NCBI RefSeq assembly: GCF_963921235.1
Contig: NC_086097.1
Location: forward strand, 3,100,001-3,164,000
Direction: 5' to 3'
DNA length: 64,000 nt
Source: Mobula hypostoma
Taxonomy: Eukaryota
A program made the position numbers and the translations under genes. Of this stretch, positions 63,692-64,000 are shown piece by piece. A model generated the notes under the pieces. That model searched no databases, was not told the origin of the DNA, and worked only from the letters and a program-made list of their open reading frames with translations. Position 1 is the stretch's first letter; each line of letters begins with the position of its first letter.

Positions 63692-64000
63692 AACTGAAGA
63701 ATTTTTTCCCATTTTTCAGTCGGTATATTAATCTCAGGTTCTCTTTCCCAGTCAGCTTTAATTTTATTAGAAGCATCAGGACATAAATTCAAAATTATAT
63801 CATATATGATTGCTACAACACTTTTCTGAGAGAGATTTAAATCTAAAATTTTTTCCAAAATATCCGTTGGATATGGATGTGGGAAATTAGGGGAAACAGT
63901 AATTAAAAAGTTCCTAATCTGTAAATATCTGAAAAAGTGAGATCTGGGTAAGTTATATTTGTTAGAAAGTTGATCAAAAGACATAAAACAATTATCCATA
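63692..64000 (-). mobile_element. L1-clade fragment, same family as 22549-26290
   Basis: DNCFMSFDQLSNKYNLPRSHFFRYLQIRNFL..., nearly identical to about 23434-23742. Confidence 0.92.

Overview
This is vertebrate intronic DNA. The mix of CR1, Rex1/Babar, V-SINE and Penelope repeats suggests a cartilaginous fish such as a ray (inference). The + strand carries eight consecutive coding exons of unc79, an auxiliary subunit of the NALCN channel complex. They total 836 bp, use GT-AG splice sites and join in frame. The rest is largely nested transposable elements: CR1, RTE, Rex1/Babar, an L1-clade LINE with a 17-bp TSD, Penelope-like elements, Tc1, Tigger/pogo and two solo LTRs. There is also a 6.4-kb CpG/GATC-rich 32/41-bp tandem array with higher-order structure. 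The most notable observations are: (i) Penelope-type minimal hammerhead ribozyme motifs; (ii) TSD-flanked fold-back mini-insertions whose inversion axis falls repeatedly at the hammerhead core, one with perfect 92-bp arms; (iii) an unc79 splice acceptor whose upstream context comes from a LINE 3' tail; (iv) a composite Tigger element that resembles mammalian Tigger4 and Tigger3; (v) the higher-order minisatellite. Repeat family names and orthology come from my own pattern recognition, not from database searches.
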